A model generated the notes under the pieces. It did no database searches, was not told the DNA's origin, and saw only the letters and a list, made by a program, of their open reading frames with translations. 64,000 nucleotides of DNA from Nannocystis bainbridge (lineage in GTDB: Bacteria > Myxococcota_A > Polyangia > Nannocystales > Nannocystaceae), in NCBI RefSeq assembly GCF_028368995.1, contig NZ_JAQNDL010000002.1, positions 1,312,001-1,376,000 on the forward strand, in the 5' to 3' direction. A program made the position numbers and the translations under genes. Every line of letters starts with the position of its first letter. Positions within the stretch are counted from its first letter, which is position 1. Below, piece by piece: positions 20,954 through 31,800 of this stretch.

Positions 20954-22014
20954 CGGCGCGGCTCCGGGACCCAGCGGGCGAGGGTCGGCCCGAGCACCCG
21001 CGGGGCCCGCTGCAGGTCGGCGACGGTGCGCGAGCCGGTGAGCAGCATGATGCTGCGGACGGTGAGCACGACGCGGCGGAGGAACGCGACCGCGCCGTCG
21101 TAGCCGCCGGCGCGGTGGGCCTTGAGCACCGGCGCCGCGAGGCCGCCGGCGGTGGCGCCGAGCGCGACGGCGCGGGCGACGTCGCTGCCGGTGCGCAGGC
21201 CGCCGGTGGCGACGATGCCCTTGAAGCCGAGGCCCTGGACCTGCAGCACGCTGGCGGCGGTGGGGATGCCCCAGTCCCACAGCTCGTCGGCGAGGGCCCG
21301 CTCGTCGGGGTCGACGGCGCGGTGGGCCTCTACGGCGACCCAGCTGGTGCCGCCCGAGCCGCTGACGTCGAGGTGCTCGACGCCGACGCTGCGGACCCGC
21401 TCGGCGACGCCGCGCGACAGGCCGCAGCCGGTCTCCTTGACGACGATCGGGATGTGCAGCTCCTCGACGAGGCGGCGCAGGGTCTCGAGGCCGTTGGAGA
21501 AGTCGCGATCGCCGCCCGGCTGGACGATTTCCATGGCCGGGTTGAGGTGGATGCAGAGGGCGTCGGCGCCGGTGTCGCGGCACAGGGTCGCAATCTCGGC
21601 GGTGGTCATGGCGCGGGCCTGGACGATGCCGAGGTTGCCGAGCAGGAGCACGTTCGGGGCCTGCTCGCGGACCTTGAAGGTGTGGGCGGTGTGCGGGCGG
21701 ACGAACATGGCGCGCTGGCTGCCGAGGCCAAAGCCGAGGCCGAGCTGGTCGGCGGCGCGCGCGAGGTCCTGGTTGATGACCGCGGCCTCCTCGGTGCCGC
21801 CGGTCATCGCGGCGATGACGACGGGGGCGCGGAGGCGCTTGCCGAGCAGCTCGACGCTCGAGTCGACCTCGTCGAGGTGAAACTCGGGCAGGGCGTCGTG
21901 CACCAGATCGACCTGCTCCAGGAGGCTGGTCTTGTCGCGGAACCCGACGTTGTCGCCGGCGCACAGGGCGAGGTGGTCCTTCTTGCGCTGCGAGATGTCG
22001 AGGCGGTCGGCCAT
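20950..22014 (-). CDS. fni: Type 2 isopentenyl-diphosphate delta-isomerase
   Basis: RKKDHL, AAMTGG, GSQRA, IHLNPAMEIVQPGGD, VKETGCG, GGTSW, WGIPT. Confidence 0.93.
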   Translation of the reverse strand: MADRLDISQRKKDHLALCAGDNVGFRDKTSLLEQVDLVHDALPEFHLDEVDSSVELLGKRLRAPVVIAAMTGGTEEAAVINQDLARAADQLGLGFGLGSQRAMFVRPHTAHTFKVREQAPNVLLLGNLGIVQARAMTTAEIATLCRDTGADALCIHLNPAMEIVQPGGDRDFSNGLETLRRLVEELHIPIVVKETGCGLSRGVAERVRSVGVEHLDVSGSGGTSWVAVEAHRAVDPDERALADELWDWGIPTAASVLQVQGLGFKGIVATGGLRTGSDVARAVALGATAGGLAAPVLKAHRAGGYDGAVAFLRRVVLTVRSIMLLTGSRTVADLQRAPRVLGPTLARWVPEPRR

Positions 22015-22249
22015 GAGCCTGGGCAATGTAGCTGCTAGCCCCAGGGGCCCGCCCGCTCCGCCGCGCGCCCGCCCGTGTGGAAACTCGTTCGCGCGGCGGA
22101 ATGCCGCATGGGAGGGGCGCCGCCGCCGCCCGGACCCGTGATCCGCAGCACAGGACCCGCCGGCTGCGGGTGATCCCGCGAGGACCGCCTGCGCGCGCGA
22201 ACGGGCTTGCGCGCGGCAATTGCGGGCGCGCGACGGGCTCGGTGGGAGG

Positions 22250-22319
22250 TGACCGATCGGGCATGTCCGATCGAGAATGTTCTGAAGGACATGTCGTGAG
22301 GGGCATGTCCCAAGGGGCT
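22250..22319. repeat. Array of 5 in-register 14-bp units in a divergent intergenic region
   Basis: TGACCgatcGGGCA, TGTCCgatcGAGAA, TGTTCtgaaGGACA, TGTCGtgagGGGCA, TGTCCcaagGGGCT. Confidence 0.85.
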
Positions 22320-22665
22320 GGTGAGACTCGGAGCGGCGATGACGGCTGGGCGCGGCGCCGGGGCGCTCGACGCGGGCGGTCGAGCGCGCTGCCGCGGGCG
22401 CTGGGCGAGCGCGCTGCAGCGACCGTGAGTCGGGCTGCAGCGGCGTCGGACGTGGTTCGGACGCGCGGCGGCGCCAGGCGGGGATGGGGCGGACGCCGGG
22501 TGGCGTGAGAGGCCGAGGATCACCGCGTGGTGGTCCGCGGCGGCTCGGCGGCGGCGGGGGCCTACCGGGCGGGAGCGGGCGCGGCCGTGTCGAGTGATGT
22601 CGGCAGCCGTCGCAGCGCCCGGAAGCGCGCTTGCGGGGTGATGGGGGCTCTGTTAGAGGTGCCGG

Positions 22666-23778
22666 ATGGTCTTTTTCGTGGCTCGCCGTGCGCCGACCCT
22701 CGCGCTTTTTTCCATGCTCGTGCTCGCGGCGTGTGGTTCCGACAGAGACCCGCTCGAGTCTGCCACCGGGGTGTCGGGCGGGCCGAGCGGGGGCCCGAGC
22801 GGGGGTCCGAGCGGTGACCCGAGCGGGGACCCGACCGACGGCGTGACGAGCAGCGGGACCGACACGGGCGGCTCCAGTCACCCGCCGTGCGAGCAATACC
22901 TGGCGTGCGTCGCGGTCGTCTCGCCCGACGCGCTGCCCACCGCCGAGTCGACGTTCGGGCCGATGGGCACCTGCTGGGACAGCTCCCCGGAGGTCCTGCA
23001 GGGCTGCCTCGACAGCTGCGCGTCGGGACTCTCGACGTTCGGGATGGTGTACCCGGACGAGCCGGCGTGCGGTGGTGGCGGCGGCACGACCGGCGAGCCG
23101 ACCGGCACGACGACCGAGAGCGGCGTGAGCACCGAGCCCACGGGCACGACCGAGCCGGTATTCTGCCAGGACTCCCCGGGTCGGCCCGACGGCGCCGATT
23201 GCAGCGATTCGAGCGGCTGCGGCTGCAAGTCCGGCGCGTGCTTCCTGATCCCCGCGGTCGGCGGCGTGTGCGGGGAGTGCCTGGGAGACGCCGACTGCGA
23301 CGGCGGCGGCTGCACGGCGCCCAACCTGTTCGGCGGCGTCGGCGGCGGGTCGCAGTGCAACGCGGGCGGCCCCGGCGACGGCTGCCAGTCCGACGCGGTG
23401 TGCTCCGACCCGAGCAACGACGTGTGCGGAGAGGTGATGTCGGTCCCCGGCATCATCACCATCTCGACCTGCGGCGAGTGCGAGACGAACGCGGACTGCG
23501 GCGGACAGACGCCGGTGTGCGCGCCGAAGTACGACCTCGCCAAATTCGGCGGCCGGTTCGACTGCGTGGCGGCCGGGTCGGTGGCCAACGGCGGCGGCTG
23601 CCAGACGAACGCGGCCTGCGCTTCGGGCCACTGCGGCGAGGTCTCCGCGATGGGCCTGCTCAAGTTCACGGTGTGCGGCGAGTGCCTGAGCGACAATGAC
23701 TGCGGTCCGGGCGAACAGTGCTATGGCGGGTCGGCCGACCTCAACGTCGGCAAGCTGACCGGCGCGACCTGTCAGTGA
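22666..23778 (+). CDS. Cys-rich secreted lipoprotein
   Basis: Lipobox LAAC; GGPS/TTG linkers; repeated CGEC..DADC motifs. Confidence 0.8.
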   Translation: MVFFVARRAPTLALFSMLVLAACGSDRDPLESATGVSGGPSGGPSGGPSGDPSGDPTDGVTSSGTDTGGSSHPPCEQYLACVAVVSPDALPTAESTFGPMGTCWDSSPEVLQGCLDSCASGLSTFGMVYPDEPACGGGGGTTGEPTGTTTESGVSTEPTGTTEPVFCQDSPGRPDGADCSDSSGCGCKSGACFLIPAVGGVCGECLGDADCDGGGCTAPNLFGGVGGGSQCNAGGPGDGCQSDAVCSDPSNDVCGEVMSVPGIITISTCGECETNADCGGQTPVCAPKYDLAKFGGRFDCVAAGSVANGGGCQTNAACASGHCGEVSAMGLLKFTVCGECLSDNDCGPGEQCYGGSADLNVGKLTGATCQ

Positions 23779-23968
23779 GGCCGGGCCGCGGGCCGCGAGG
23801 CGTGGCGTCCGCGTCGGCGGCGTCGGCGGCGTCGACGGGGTCGGCTTCGACTTGGGTGGGCGGCCGAGCGCGCGCACGTCGGCCCTCGCCAAGCGAGGTC
23901 GCAGCGCCGCGCCCGCGGGCGTTCGCCGCGGTTGCGCGCGGCGGGCGAGTCGCGCTACGGATCGGCCG

Positions 23969-24376
23969 ATGAACCCGACGCAGAGGCTCCCCAACGGCGT
24001 GACCGTGTACAAGTGGCCGCACAACGCCGAGCCGACGGCCGAGTCGGTGGCGGCCGAGATGGCGCGGTTCGGCTTCCGCAGCTACGACCTGCAGACGGTG
24101 CCGGCGTGGTTCTTCCGCAGCCGCCACGCGCACGACGAGGAGGAGATCCGCGGGGCGGTGACCGGCGTGACGACGTTCCACTTCGACGAGGGGCCGGTGA
24201 CGCTCGAGGCCGGCGACATCCTGCTCATCCCGTCGGGGGTGGCCCACGAGGTCCGCAGCCACAACGGGCGCACGTTCTCGGCCTACAAGGGCTCGCGCAG
24301 CGGCGAGCGCCACGTGACGGAGCACGGCGACGCGCGCGGCAGCGTCGAGGACCTGGCCCGCGGGGGTCGCTCGTGA
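23969..24376 (+). CDS. Cupin-domain protein
   Basis: HAHDEEE...LEAGDILLIPSGVAHEV cupin motifs. Confidence 0.8.
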   Translation: MNPTQRLPNGVTVYKWPHNAEPTAESVAAEMARFGFRSYDLQTVPAWFFRSRHAHDEEEIRGAVTGVTTFHFDEGPVTLEAGDILLIPSGVAHEVRSHNGRTFSAYKGSRSGERHVTEHGDARGSVEDLARGGRS

Positions 24377-25023
24377 GCCACCTGATCGCGCTCGACCTCG
24401 ACGGCACGCTCGAGGACAGCCGCGACGACATGGTCGCAGCGGTGCTGCGGGTGCGGGCCGGGTTCGGCCTGTCCGAACGGCCAGGTGCGGAGTTCCTGCC
24501 GCACGTCAACGCCGGGATGGACCACCTGTACCGCCAGTGCTTCGCCGACTACGTGGGCGCCGACGGGGCGCTGGACGAGGTGCGCGCGGCCTACGAGGCC
24601 GACTACCTGGCCCACATCGCCGACGCGACGCGGCTGTACCCGGGCATGGGCGACGCGCTGGTCGAGCTGGCGGCGCTCGGCTCGCTGGCGTGCGTGACGA
24701 ACAAGCCCGAGCGGCTCAGCGCGGCGCTGCTCGAGGCGCTCGGGGTCGGGCGCCTGTTCTCGGCGGTGATCGGCGGCGACACGTGCCCCGAGTGCAAGCC
24801 GAGCCCGCGGGTGCTGGTCGAGGCGAGCCGTCGCGTCGGCCGCTCGGGGGCGGCGCTGATGATCGGCGACTCGGCGGCGGACGTGAAGTGCGGGCGCGCG
24901 TTCGGGGCGACGACGATCTGGTGCGCGTGGGGCTACGCGGCCGAGCCAGGGGCCGAGCCGCCGGACCACCGCGCCGCGGCGCCGCACGAGCTGCCGCGGC
25001 TGGTGCGCTCGCTGCTGCCCTGA
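24373..25023 (+). CDS. HAD-superfamily hydrolase, phosphoglycolate phosphatase-like
   Basis: DLDGTLEDS, VTNKP, KPSP, MIGDS..D; GTGA overlap with the cupin stop. Confidence 0.88.
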   Translation: MSHLIALDLDGTLEDSRDDMVAAVLRVRAGFGLSERPGAEFLPHVNAGMDHLYRQCFADYVGADGALDEVRAAYEADYLAHIADATRLYPGMGDALVELAALGSLACVTNKPERLSAALLEALGVGRLFSAVIGGDTCPECKPSPRVLVEASRRVGRSGAALMIGDSAADVKCGRAFGATTIWCAWGYAAEPGAEPPDHRAAAPHELPRLVRSLLP

Positions 25024-25094
25024 AGCGGCGAGCGCGGCGCAGGAGGAGGCGCGGCTGCGAAGGGAGCGCTCGCGGGTGCCCTGAGCGGGCAGCG

Positions 25095-25242
25095 GCGGCA
25101 GCGGCGAGCCCTCGCAGCAGCGAGGCGCACGAGCGGCAGCGGCGAGCCCTCGCAGCAGAGGCGCACGAGCGGCAGCGGCGAGCCCTCGCAGCAGAGGCGC
25201 ACGAGCGGCAGCGGCGAGCCCTCGCAGCAGCGAGGCGCACGA
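25095..25242. repeat. Tandem repeat, 4 copies of a 36/38-bp unit
   Basis: GCGGCAGCGGCGAGCCCTCGCAGCA(GC)GAGGCGCACGA at 25095, 25133, 25169 and 25205; the 38-bp form contains the hairpin CCTCGC-AGCA-GCGAGG. Confidence 0.85.
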
Positions 25243-25336
25243 GCGGCTGCACCGGGCGCGCTCGCCGGGGGCGAGGTGCGGCGGGAGCTGTCGGCGAGCG
25301 AGCGGACGCGGCCCGAGGAGTGGCGAAGTTCGAACC

Positions 25337-25420
25337 TGTCGCATGGGGCATGCCGTAAGGGGCATGTCCCTTCGCGCATGTCGCGAAGAGCATGTCCCGA
25401 CGAACATGCTCAAGCGTTCA
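25337..25420. repeat. Array of 5-6 in-register 14-bp units
   Basis: TGTCGcatgGGGCA, TGCCGtaagGGGCA, TGTCCcttcGCGCA, TGTCGcgaaGAGCA, TGTCCcgacGAACA, TGCTCaagcGTTCA; overlaps the stop at 25410. Confidence 0.85.
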
Positions 25421-26753
25421 GCTGAAACACGGCGTCCTCGAGCCAGTCGTTGAGGAACACGCCGCCCGGATCGAGGGCGGCGCGGTGGGCCAGGAAGGTG
25501 TCCATCTCCGAGTAGCGCTCACGGACCGCGCGCGGGTGCAGCAGGTACTTGCCCCAGTGCGGGCGGGCGCCGGGGATGGCCAGCATCTCGGCGCTCCACT
25601 GCGCGTAGAAGGCGTCGGCGTCGCGGGCCGAGCGGGTGGTGACGACCTCGATGTCGCAGATGGCCCGGCCGTGCGCGGGGGCCAGCAGGGCCGCGCTGGG
25701 GCCGATGAAGCGGGCGTGCACCACCATGTTGACGGGGAAGCTGGCGGCGCGGGCGAGGCGGTCGATGAGGCCGATCGTGCGCCGCCAGGCCTGCTCGGCG
25801 TCGGCCAGCGGGACGCCGTACGACATGTCCCAGCAGCGCGGGTAGGCCCGCTGGTAGTGGAAGGCGCGCGAGGCCGGGGCGACGGCGCTGCCGGAGGTCA
25901 TCGACAGGTGCGGGGCGAGCTGCATGAACGCGGGCGTGAGCTCGGGGGCGACGCGGCCCAGCAGCGGCAGCACGCCGTTGCACCCGGCGTAGGTGCAGGC
26001 GTAGGTGAAGGCGAACTTGAGGCGGTCGGCGACGGTGGCCCCGCGGTCGGGCTCGTCGGTGCGGCGCATCAGCTTGCACCACAGGGTGTCGGTGAAGGGG
26101 AACCAGTAGAGCTCGACGAATTCGTAGGTGGCGAGCAGGTCGGGCAGGCCGCCGAGCACGTCGTCGACGCCGATCCGGCGGTCCTCGACGTGGAGGTGGA
26201 ACTCGGGCCAGCAGCGCATGGTGACGTCGTGGACGACGCCGAGCGCGCCGAGCGAGCAGCGGGCGGCGTCGAACAGCGAGCCGTCGGCGGCGCTCAGGTG
26301 ATGGACTTCGCCGCGCGCGTCGACGAGGGTCAGGGCGACGACCTCGTCGGACATGGTCGAGGTGTGGAGGCCGGTGCCGTGGGCGGCCACCGCGATCGCG
26401 CCGCCGACGGAGATGTCCTGGAAGATGGTCGGCGTGATCAGGGTGAGGCCGCGGGCCTGGGTGAAGCGGACCAGGTCGCGCACGGTCGCGCCGGCCTCGA
26501 CGCGGATCGCGGGGGCGCCGTCGAAGCGGGTCTCGTGCACGCGGCGGAGCCGGCCGAGATCGACGAGGCTGCCGCGCGTGGGCACCAGCGGGCTCCACGA
26601 GCACGAATTGCCGACAGCGCGGATCCGGCCCGAGCGGCCGGCGCAGCGCACCGCCTCACGCAGCTCGTGAAGATCGCCGGGGCGGTAGAGGTCGGCGGTG
26701 CACGCCAGGTTGTCGTTCCAGTTGCGCCACTGGTAGTGCGGGATCCGGTCCAA
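25410..26753 (-). CDS. FAD-linked oxidase, aldonolactone (GULO/ALO) oxidase family
   Basis: WRNW, ISVGGAIAVAAHGTG, SLGALGV, C-terminal RPHWGK and LDPGGVFLN. Confidence 0.85.
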   Translation of the reverse strand: MDRIPHYQWRNWNDNLACTADLYRPGDLHELREAVRCAGRSGRIRAVGNSCSWSPLVPTRGSLVDLGRLRRVHETRFDGAPAIRVEAGATVRDLVRFTQARGLTLITPTIFQDISVGGAIAVAAHGTGLHTSTMSDEVVALTLVDARGEVHHLSAADGSLFDAARCSLGALGVVHDVTMRCWPEFHLHVEDRRIGVDDVLGGLPDLLATYEFVELYWFPFTDTLWCKLMRRTDEPDRGATVADRLKFAFTYACTYAGCNGVLPLLGRVAPELTPAFMQLAPHLSMTSGSAVAPASRAFHYQRAYPRCWDMSYGVPLADAEQAWRRTIGLIDRLARAASFPVNMVVHARFIGPSAALLAPAHGRAICDIEVVTTRSARDADAFYAQWSAEMLAIPGARPHWGKYLLHPRAVRERYSEMDTFLAHRAALDPGGVFLNDWLEDAVFQLNA

Positions 26754-26763
26754 GGTCGGCTCG

Positions 26764-28476
26764 TCAGATGTTGATGCTGTTCGGCACCAGCCGCGGCAGC
26801 AGGTACGGATAGGGTCGCGGACGGGCGCGGTTGCGCTGCTCGATCTGCTGCTCGACGGCCGCGAGGTCCGTGTGAAGGCGGGCGATCAGCGGCCGCGCCG
26901 CGGCGACCTGGCCGAGCGCGTAGGGGCCGTAGTCGCCGAAGCGATCGAAGCGATAGAACGCGATCTGGTTGTTTTGGAATTGCTCGGCGCCGATGTCGAG
27001 CGGCGGCAAGGTGGCGGCGATCCGGGCGGCGTCGACGACCTCGTCCTCGCGCGGCGGGGGCCGGTAGGCGGCGCCGGGGAAGGCGGGGACGTAGGTGAAG
27101 TGATCGGTCTGGGGGAAGTGCACGGCGGCGTGACCGGGGCCGGCGATGAACAGGAACTGCGCCAGCAGGTCGACGAGGGCGGCGCGGTCGTCCAGGCCCG
27201 AGGCCGGCAACACGCCGCGCAGGCGCCCGCCGTCGTCGGCCTGCAGCTCGTCGGCGAAGGCCTGCAGCTCGGCGTCGGCGCGCACGGCCGCGTCGCTCGG
27301 GTAGTAGAGGTCGACGTAGCCGGCGACGAAGCGGCGCAGCACGGGGGTCCACAGGCGGGCGTCGTCGCGCCACGGGTACTCGCGCGGGCCTTCGCCGACG
27401 CCGCGCGCGGCGAGGTCGGTCTCGAGCTCCTGGTCGCGCACCGACCAGCGCTCGTGGCTGCGGCGCATGATGTTGCGGGTCTCGGGCAGCGCGCCGGCGT
27501 AGAGGACGTCGAACACGCTGCCCGGGGTCTTGAGCAGGTTGAAGGCGAACCGGTTGACGGCGATGGTGTGGCGGGTGTGCGGCTGCAGCAGCACGTGGAT
27601 CGGGTGCGACGGCGCGAGCTGCCGCTGCGAGCTGACGGCGAACGGCTCGGCGACGAAGTGGTGGCGATAGATGTGGCTCGACATCGCCTGCAGGTTGAAC
27701 TCGGCGATCTCGACGTAGGTCTTGGCCAGGTCCCAGCGCGGGCTGCCGTCGCGCAGGTAGACCGGGTTGGGATCGGCGGCGCCCGGCTGATCGACGCGGA
27801 TCGCCACGGGCACCAGGTCGCACTGCGGGTCGTGGCCGGGCCGCTGGCAGAACAGGGCGATCGGGGCCGGCAGGTACTTGCCGCGCCAGCGCGAGTCGCG
27901 ACCGCCGACGCCGTTGGGCGCGAGGCTCCGCGCGAGCAGCTCGAAGTCGGCGACGAACAGGTTGCCGGCGGCGTGCTCGCCGGCCAGCGTCGCGCCGGGG
28001 CCGAGCGCGCGCGCGAGGGCGTCGTCGCCGAGAGGGAGGCGCGCGCGCAGGTCGTCGAGGTCCTGCACGCGCGCCAGCAGCAGGGGGTTGGGGCCGTCGA
28101 TGCGGTTGCGAGCGAACAGGCCGTCGCGCTGGTGGTCGGTGACGGCCGGCGGGGCGCGCAGGCCGAGCCGGTCGTCGAACAGGTCGCGGAAGGCCGCGAG
28201 CTTGTCGACGTCGCCGAGCACGCCGCGCAGGCGGTGCCACAGCTTCTTGCCCTGGGCCCCGGCGACGGAGCGCAGCAGGTGCGGCAGGTACGGCAGGGCC
28301 CAGCGCGGGCCGTAGAGCTCGCGCAGCGGGAACTCGCCGGCGACGGCGATCGGCGCCAGCGGGTTGTCTTCGCGCCGCGCGTAGGTGTAGCGCTCGCGCG
28401 CGAGCCGGAGCGCCCGGCGTCGCGCGGTCGGGTCGGGCTCGTGCTGCGGCAACGAGGGCGACGGGACGGGCTTCAT
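26764..28476 (-). CDS. Lipoxygenase
   Basis: RIDGPNP, WDLAK, HIYRHHFVAEPF, HPIHVLLQPH, YPWRDD, HAAVHFPQ, C-terminus PNSINI (terminal Ile is an iron ligand). Confidence 0.93.
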   Translation of the reverse strand: MKPVPSPSLPQHEPDPTARRRALRLARERYTYARREDNPLAPIAVAGEFPLRELYGPRWALPYLPHLLRSVAGAQGKKLWHRLRGVLGDVDKLAAFRDLFDDRLGLRAPPAVTDHQRDGLFARNRIDGPNPLLLARVQDLDDLRARLPLGDDALARALGPGATLAGEHAAGNLFVADFELLARSLAPNGVGGRDSRWRGKYLPAPIALFCQRPGHDPQCDLVPVAIRVDQPGAADPNPVYLRDGSPRWDLAKTYVEIAEFNLQAMSSHIYRHHFVAEPFAVSSQRQLAPSHPIHVLLQPHTRHTIAVNRFAFNLLKTPGSVFDVLYAGALPETRNIMRRSHERWSVRDQELETDLAARGVGEGPREYPWRDDARLWTPVLRRFVAGYVDLYYPSDAAVRADAELQAFADELQADDGGRLRGVLPASGLDDRAALVDLLAQFLFIAGPGHAAVHFPQTDHFTYVPAFPGAAYRPPPREDEVVDAARIAATLPPLDIGAEQFQNNQIAFYRFDRFGDYGPYALGQVAAARPLIARLHTDLAAVEQQIEQRNRARPRPYPYLLPRLVPNSINI

Positions 28477-28666
28477 CGAGCTCGACCGTAGCACGCCGGT
28501 CTACGCGGGGGCGGGAGGCACCTGTCCCGAGAGACAGCCTCTGAGGCGAACGACCGACGGCGGGCGCTCCGCGAACGGCGGTCGCCGACGGGGACAGTCG
28601 AGGCCTTTCAAGCGCGTCTCCCCGCCCCCGGGCGAGGTCACGGACGAACGGGTCGCTGCAGAACCA

Positions 28667-28809
28667 TGACCTCGAGGACAGGTTTCGAAGAGGCTGTCTC
28701 TTGAGTCATGTCCTGCGGTGCGCCGCGCGAGCTACGAGATGACCTCATGGACATGTCTCCAGGGACATGGCGCGAGCGACAGGGCACATCGGACATGACC
28801 CCGGGGACA
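28667..28809. repeat. Two sub-arrays of 14-bp units (28667-28708; five units at 28740-28809)
   Basis: TGACCtcgaGGACA...; TGACCtcatGGACA, TGTCTccagGGACA, TGGCGcgagCGACA, GGGCAcatcGGACA, TGACCccggGGACA, abutting the stop at 28812; a single unit also at 28523-28536. Confidence 0.85.
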
Positions 28810-28811
28810 TG

Positions 28812-31800
28812 TCACGCGGTGCGGTGGCGGCGGGTGAACGAGCGCAGCAGGGCGGCGATGTTGCCGCGGACCTGGGGGTCGGTGCTGAGGCGGTAGCCGG
28901 GGGTGCGCATGGCGGCCGGAAGCAGCGGCAGCAGCGTGTCGTTGAGCTTCTTCTCGGCGCGGGCGTCGATGATCTTCTCGAACATGTCGGCGACGACGGT
29001 GTCGCCCTCGAAGTCGATCGAGAAGCGGGCGTCGCCGAAATTGTAGTGCAGGCCGCAGATCAGGAAGTTGAGGCGCGCCGGGCCGTCGACCAGGAGCGCC
29101 GGATCGGCGCCGATCCGCAGGCCGCCGTCGTCGAGGCGCAGGCGCACGCGGGTGCCGGGGAGCAGCAAGATGTCGACGAGGTGGTGGTGGAACAGCACGA
29201 GCCGGCCGCGGTCGTCGACGGGGAAGCGGTCGAGCAGGCCGCGCACGCCGGAGGCGCTCGGATCGCCGACGTCGCCGATCTGGCGGCGGATGATGGCCTC
29301 CACCAGAGCGTTCTCGAGCTGGCCGAGGCCGCCGACCTGGACCTCGCCCGACTGCAGGTGATAGCGGGCGCCGCGGAGCTGGATCGCCAGGCGCAGGCCG
29401 GGCATGCGCGCCGAGAGGCCGCGCTCGCTCTCGAGGGTGACCTCGACCTCGTTGGCGGTCAGGGTGACGCTGTCGGCCGGGTCCATCAGCAGCGCGAACT
29501 CGCCGTGATCGCCGGGCAGGCGGGCCGCGAACACGGCGATGCGCGTCGCGTCCTCGGGCGGGGCCGGCGGCATCGGCGGGCGCGGCAGGCCGAGCCGCTG
29601 GGCCCAGACGGGCGGCAGGCGCGGGGCGGCGAGGACCTTGTAGAGGTGCGAGAGCACGGCCTCGGTGACGGGGCTGACCGCGGCGGCCTCGTGGTAGTGC
29701 TCCTCGGCGATGCCGCTGATCGCCAGCTTCACGGCGGCGTCGCCGGCCCGCAGGCTGAGGTCGTGGAGGTAGAAGTCGGGCAGCCAGTCGAGCGAGCCGT
29801 CGGTGACGAACAGGCCGGCGGCCGAGCGCAGCGACACGCCGTCCTTGTCGAGGTGGAGGTCGATCGAGCCGCCGCGGGCGACGCAGATCTTGAGCGGACC
29901 CCACGGCTTGTCGGCGCCGAGCGCCAGGAGGGTGTCGTGGCCGGCCCGCGGCGAGCGATCGCTGGGCCAGAAGTGGCGCATGAACGCGGCGAACAGGGTC
30001 CGCATGGCGTGGCTGAGCAGCTGCTGCGACAGCTCGCCGGCCGGCGGCGAGGCGTCGATCACCAGCGTCCACGGCAGGAAGGTGAGGTCGATGGTGCGCA
30101 CGGTGAGCGTCAGGCCGAGGCCGAGGATCCGCACCGTGGCGCCCTTGCCGAAGGCGATGTGGGCGCCGCCGCGGCCGAGCGAGAGGTCGACGGTGCGGGC
30201 CGCGTCGGCGCTGACGCGCACGGCCCCGAGCGCGCCGACGGTCTGCTCCCACACGACCACGCCGGGCGCGGCCGGCAGCGGCGGCGGGATCGGGGCGGCG
30301 GCCGGCAGGGCGAGGCGATCGAGGATGTCGGCGAGCCGCTTGTCGGGGACGAAGCGGGCGAACAGCCGGCGCAGGATCTCGTGCACCAGCGGCCCGCTGG
30401 GCGGCTGGCTCACCAGCTCGATCGCGGCGGCGCCGGGCCGGTAGCGCAGGCCTTCGAGGGCGACGTCGGCCAGCAGGTCGGTGCCCTCGGCGACGAGCTG
30501 CAGCGGGGCCTCGGCGCGCAGCTCGAGCGCGTCCGGGCGCCGCTCGAGCCGCAGGCCGGCGCCGGGCGGCAGCTCGAGGCGGACGCGGACCCGCTTCGAG
30601 CTGTCCCTTGGGACCTGCGCCAGGAGCCACGTCTCTTCGGGCAGCTGCGGCGGCGCCAGCGGGAGGTGCGGGCGCAGGCGGGTCAGCCCGAACTGCTCGA
30701 CGCAGCGGGCCACCAGCTGCGACAGGTAGTCGCCGAGCGGCGGCTCGCTGGCGGCGCGCAGGCTGGTGGTTGCGATGTCGTGGTCGAGCGCGGCCAGCCG
30801 CAGGACCAGGCCCAGCTCGGGGGCGACGACGGCGAGCCCGCGCGCGCTGGTGAAGCCGAGCTCCGCGGGCGCGAGGCGGACGGCGAGGGTGTCGTCGGGG
30901 TCGAAGCGGACGTCGAGCGGGCCGACCACCGGGACGCGGGTGCTGGCGAGCAGGGCCGAGGGCAGCGCTTCGAGGCCCTGCTGGGGGCCGCCGTCGCGGC
31001 GCACGCCGAGGATGTCCGGAAGGACAGGTGCGGCGCGGACCCGGATCAGCTGGGCGAGGGCGAGGTCGCCGAACTCGCCGAGCGCGGGGCTGGCCTCGGT
31101 GACGACGCTGCCGTCGTGCCAGCGGTACTCGATCCGGTGGAGGTCGATGTCGGGCAGGACGGACAGGCCGCGGAAGCGCAGGCGCAGGCCGGCGGGGGCC
31201 TCGACGACCAGCGCGCCTTCGCCGTGGCGGACGTGGACCTCGCCGTCAGGGTCGGTGGTCAGGCGCACGCCGGTGCGCGGATTGAACGGCTGGTCGAGGA
31301 TCTGCAGCTCCTCGGCGTCGCGCTCGTCGAAGAGGCCGAGGCGGCCCAGCAGGGCGGGCGACAGGCGCGGCAGCACGCGGGCGTCGACGACCCGGCGGAG
31401 CAGCGCGCGCATCAGCGGACCGAGCGGCGGGTCGGTCTGGATCTCCAGGCGGACCCGCGGCTCGACGCCGGCGACGGCCGACGGGGCGCCGACGAGGACG
31501 GCCCGGACCAGGCGCAGCTCGGCCAGCTCCGGCAGCTCGTCGGCGTGCACGGCGAGGCCGCCGGGGGCCTCGAAGCGGAACCCGCCGGCGGCGCGGGTGA
31601 GCAGCAGCTCGCGGTCGCCGAGCAGCGCCAGCTCGCCGCGGGCGCCGAGCGGGATGCGGGCCAGCACGCGGGCGCCGGACGGCGGCTGGCCGGCGTGCAG
31701 CTGGCCCGGGATGATGTCGGCCAGGCGCGCGCGCAGGCCGACGGGCGCGGCTGGCGTCGCGGACATGTCCGTCGGGGCATGTCCGTTGGGACCTGTGCCG

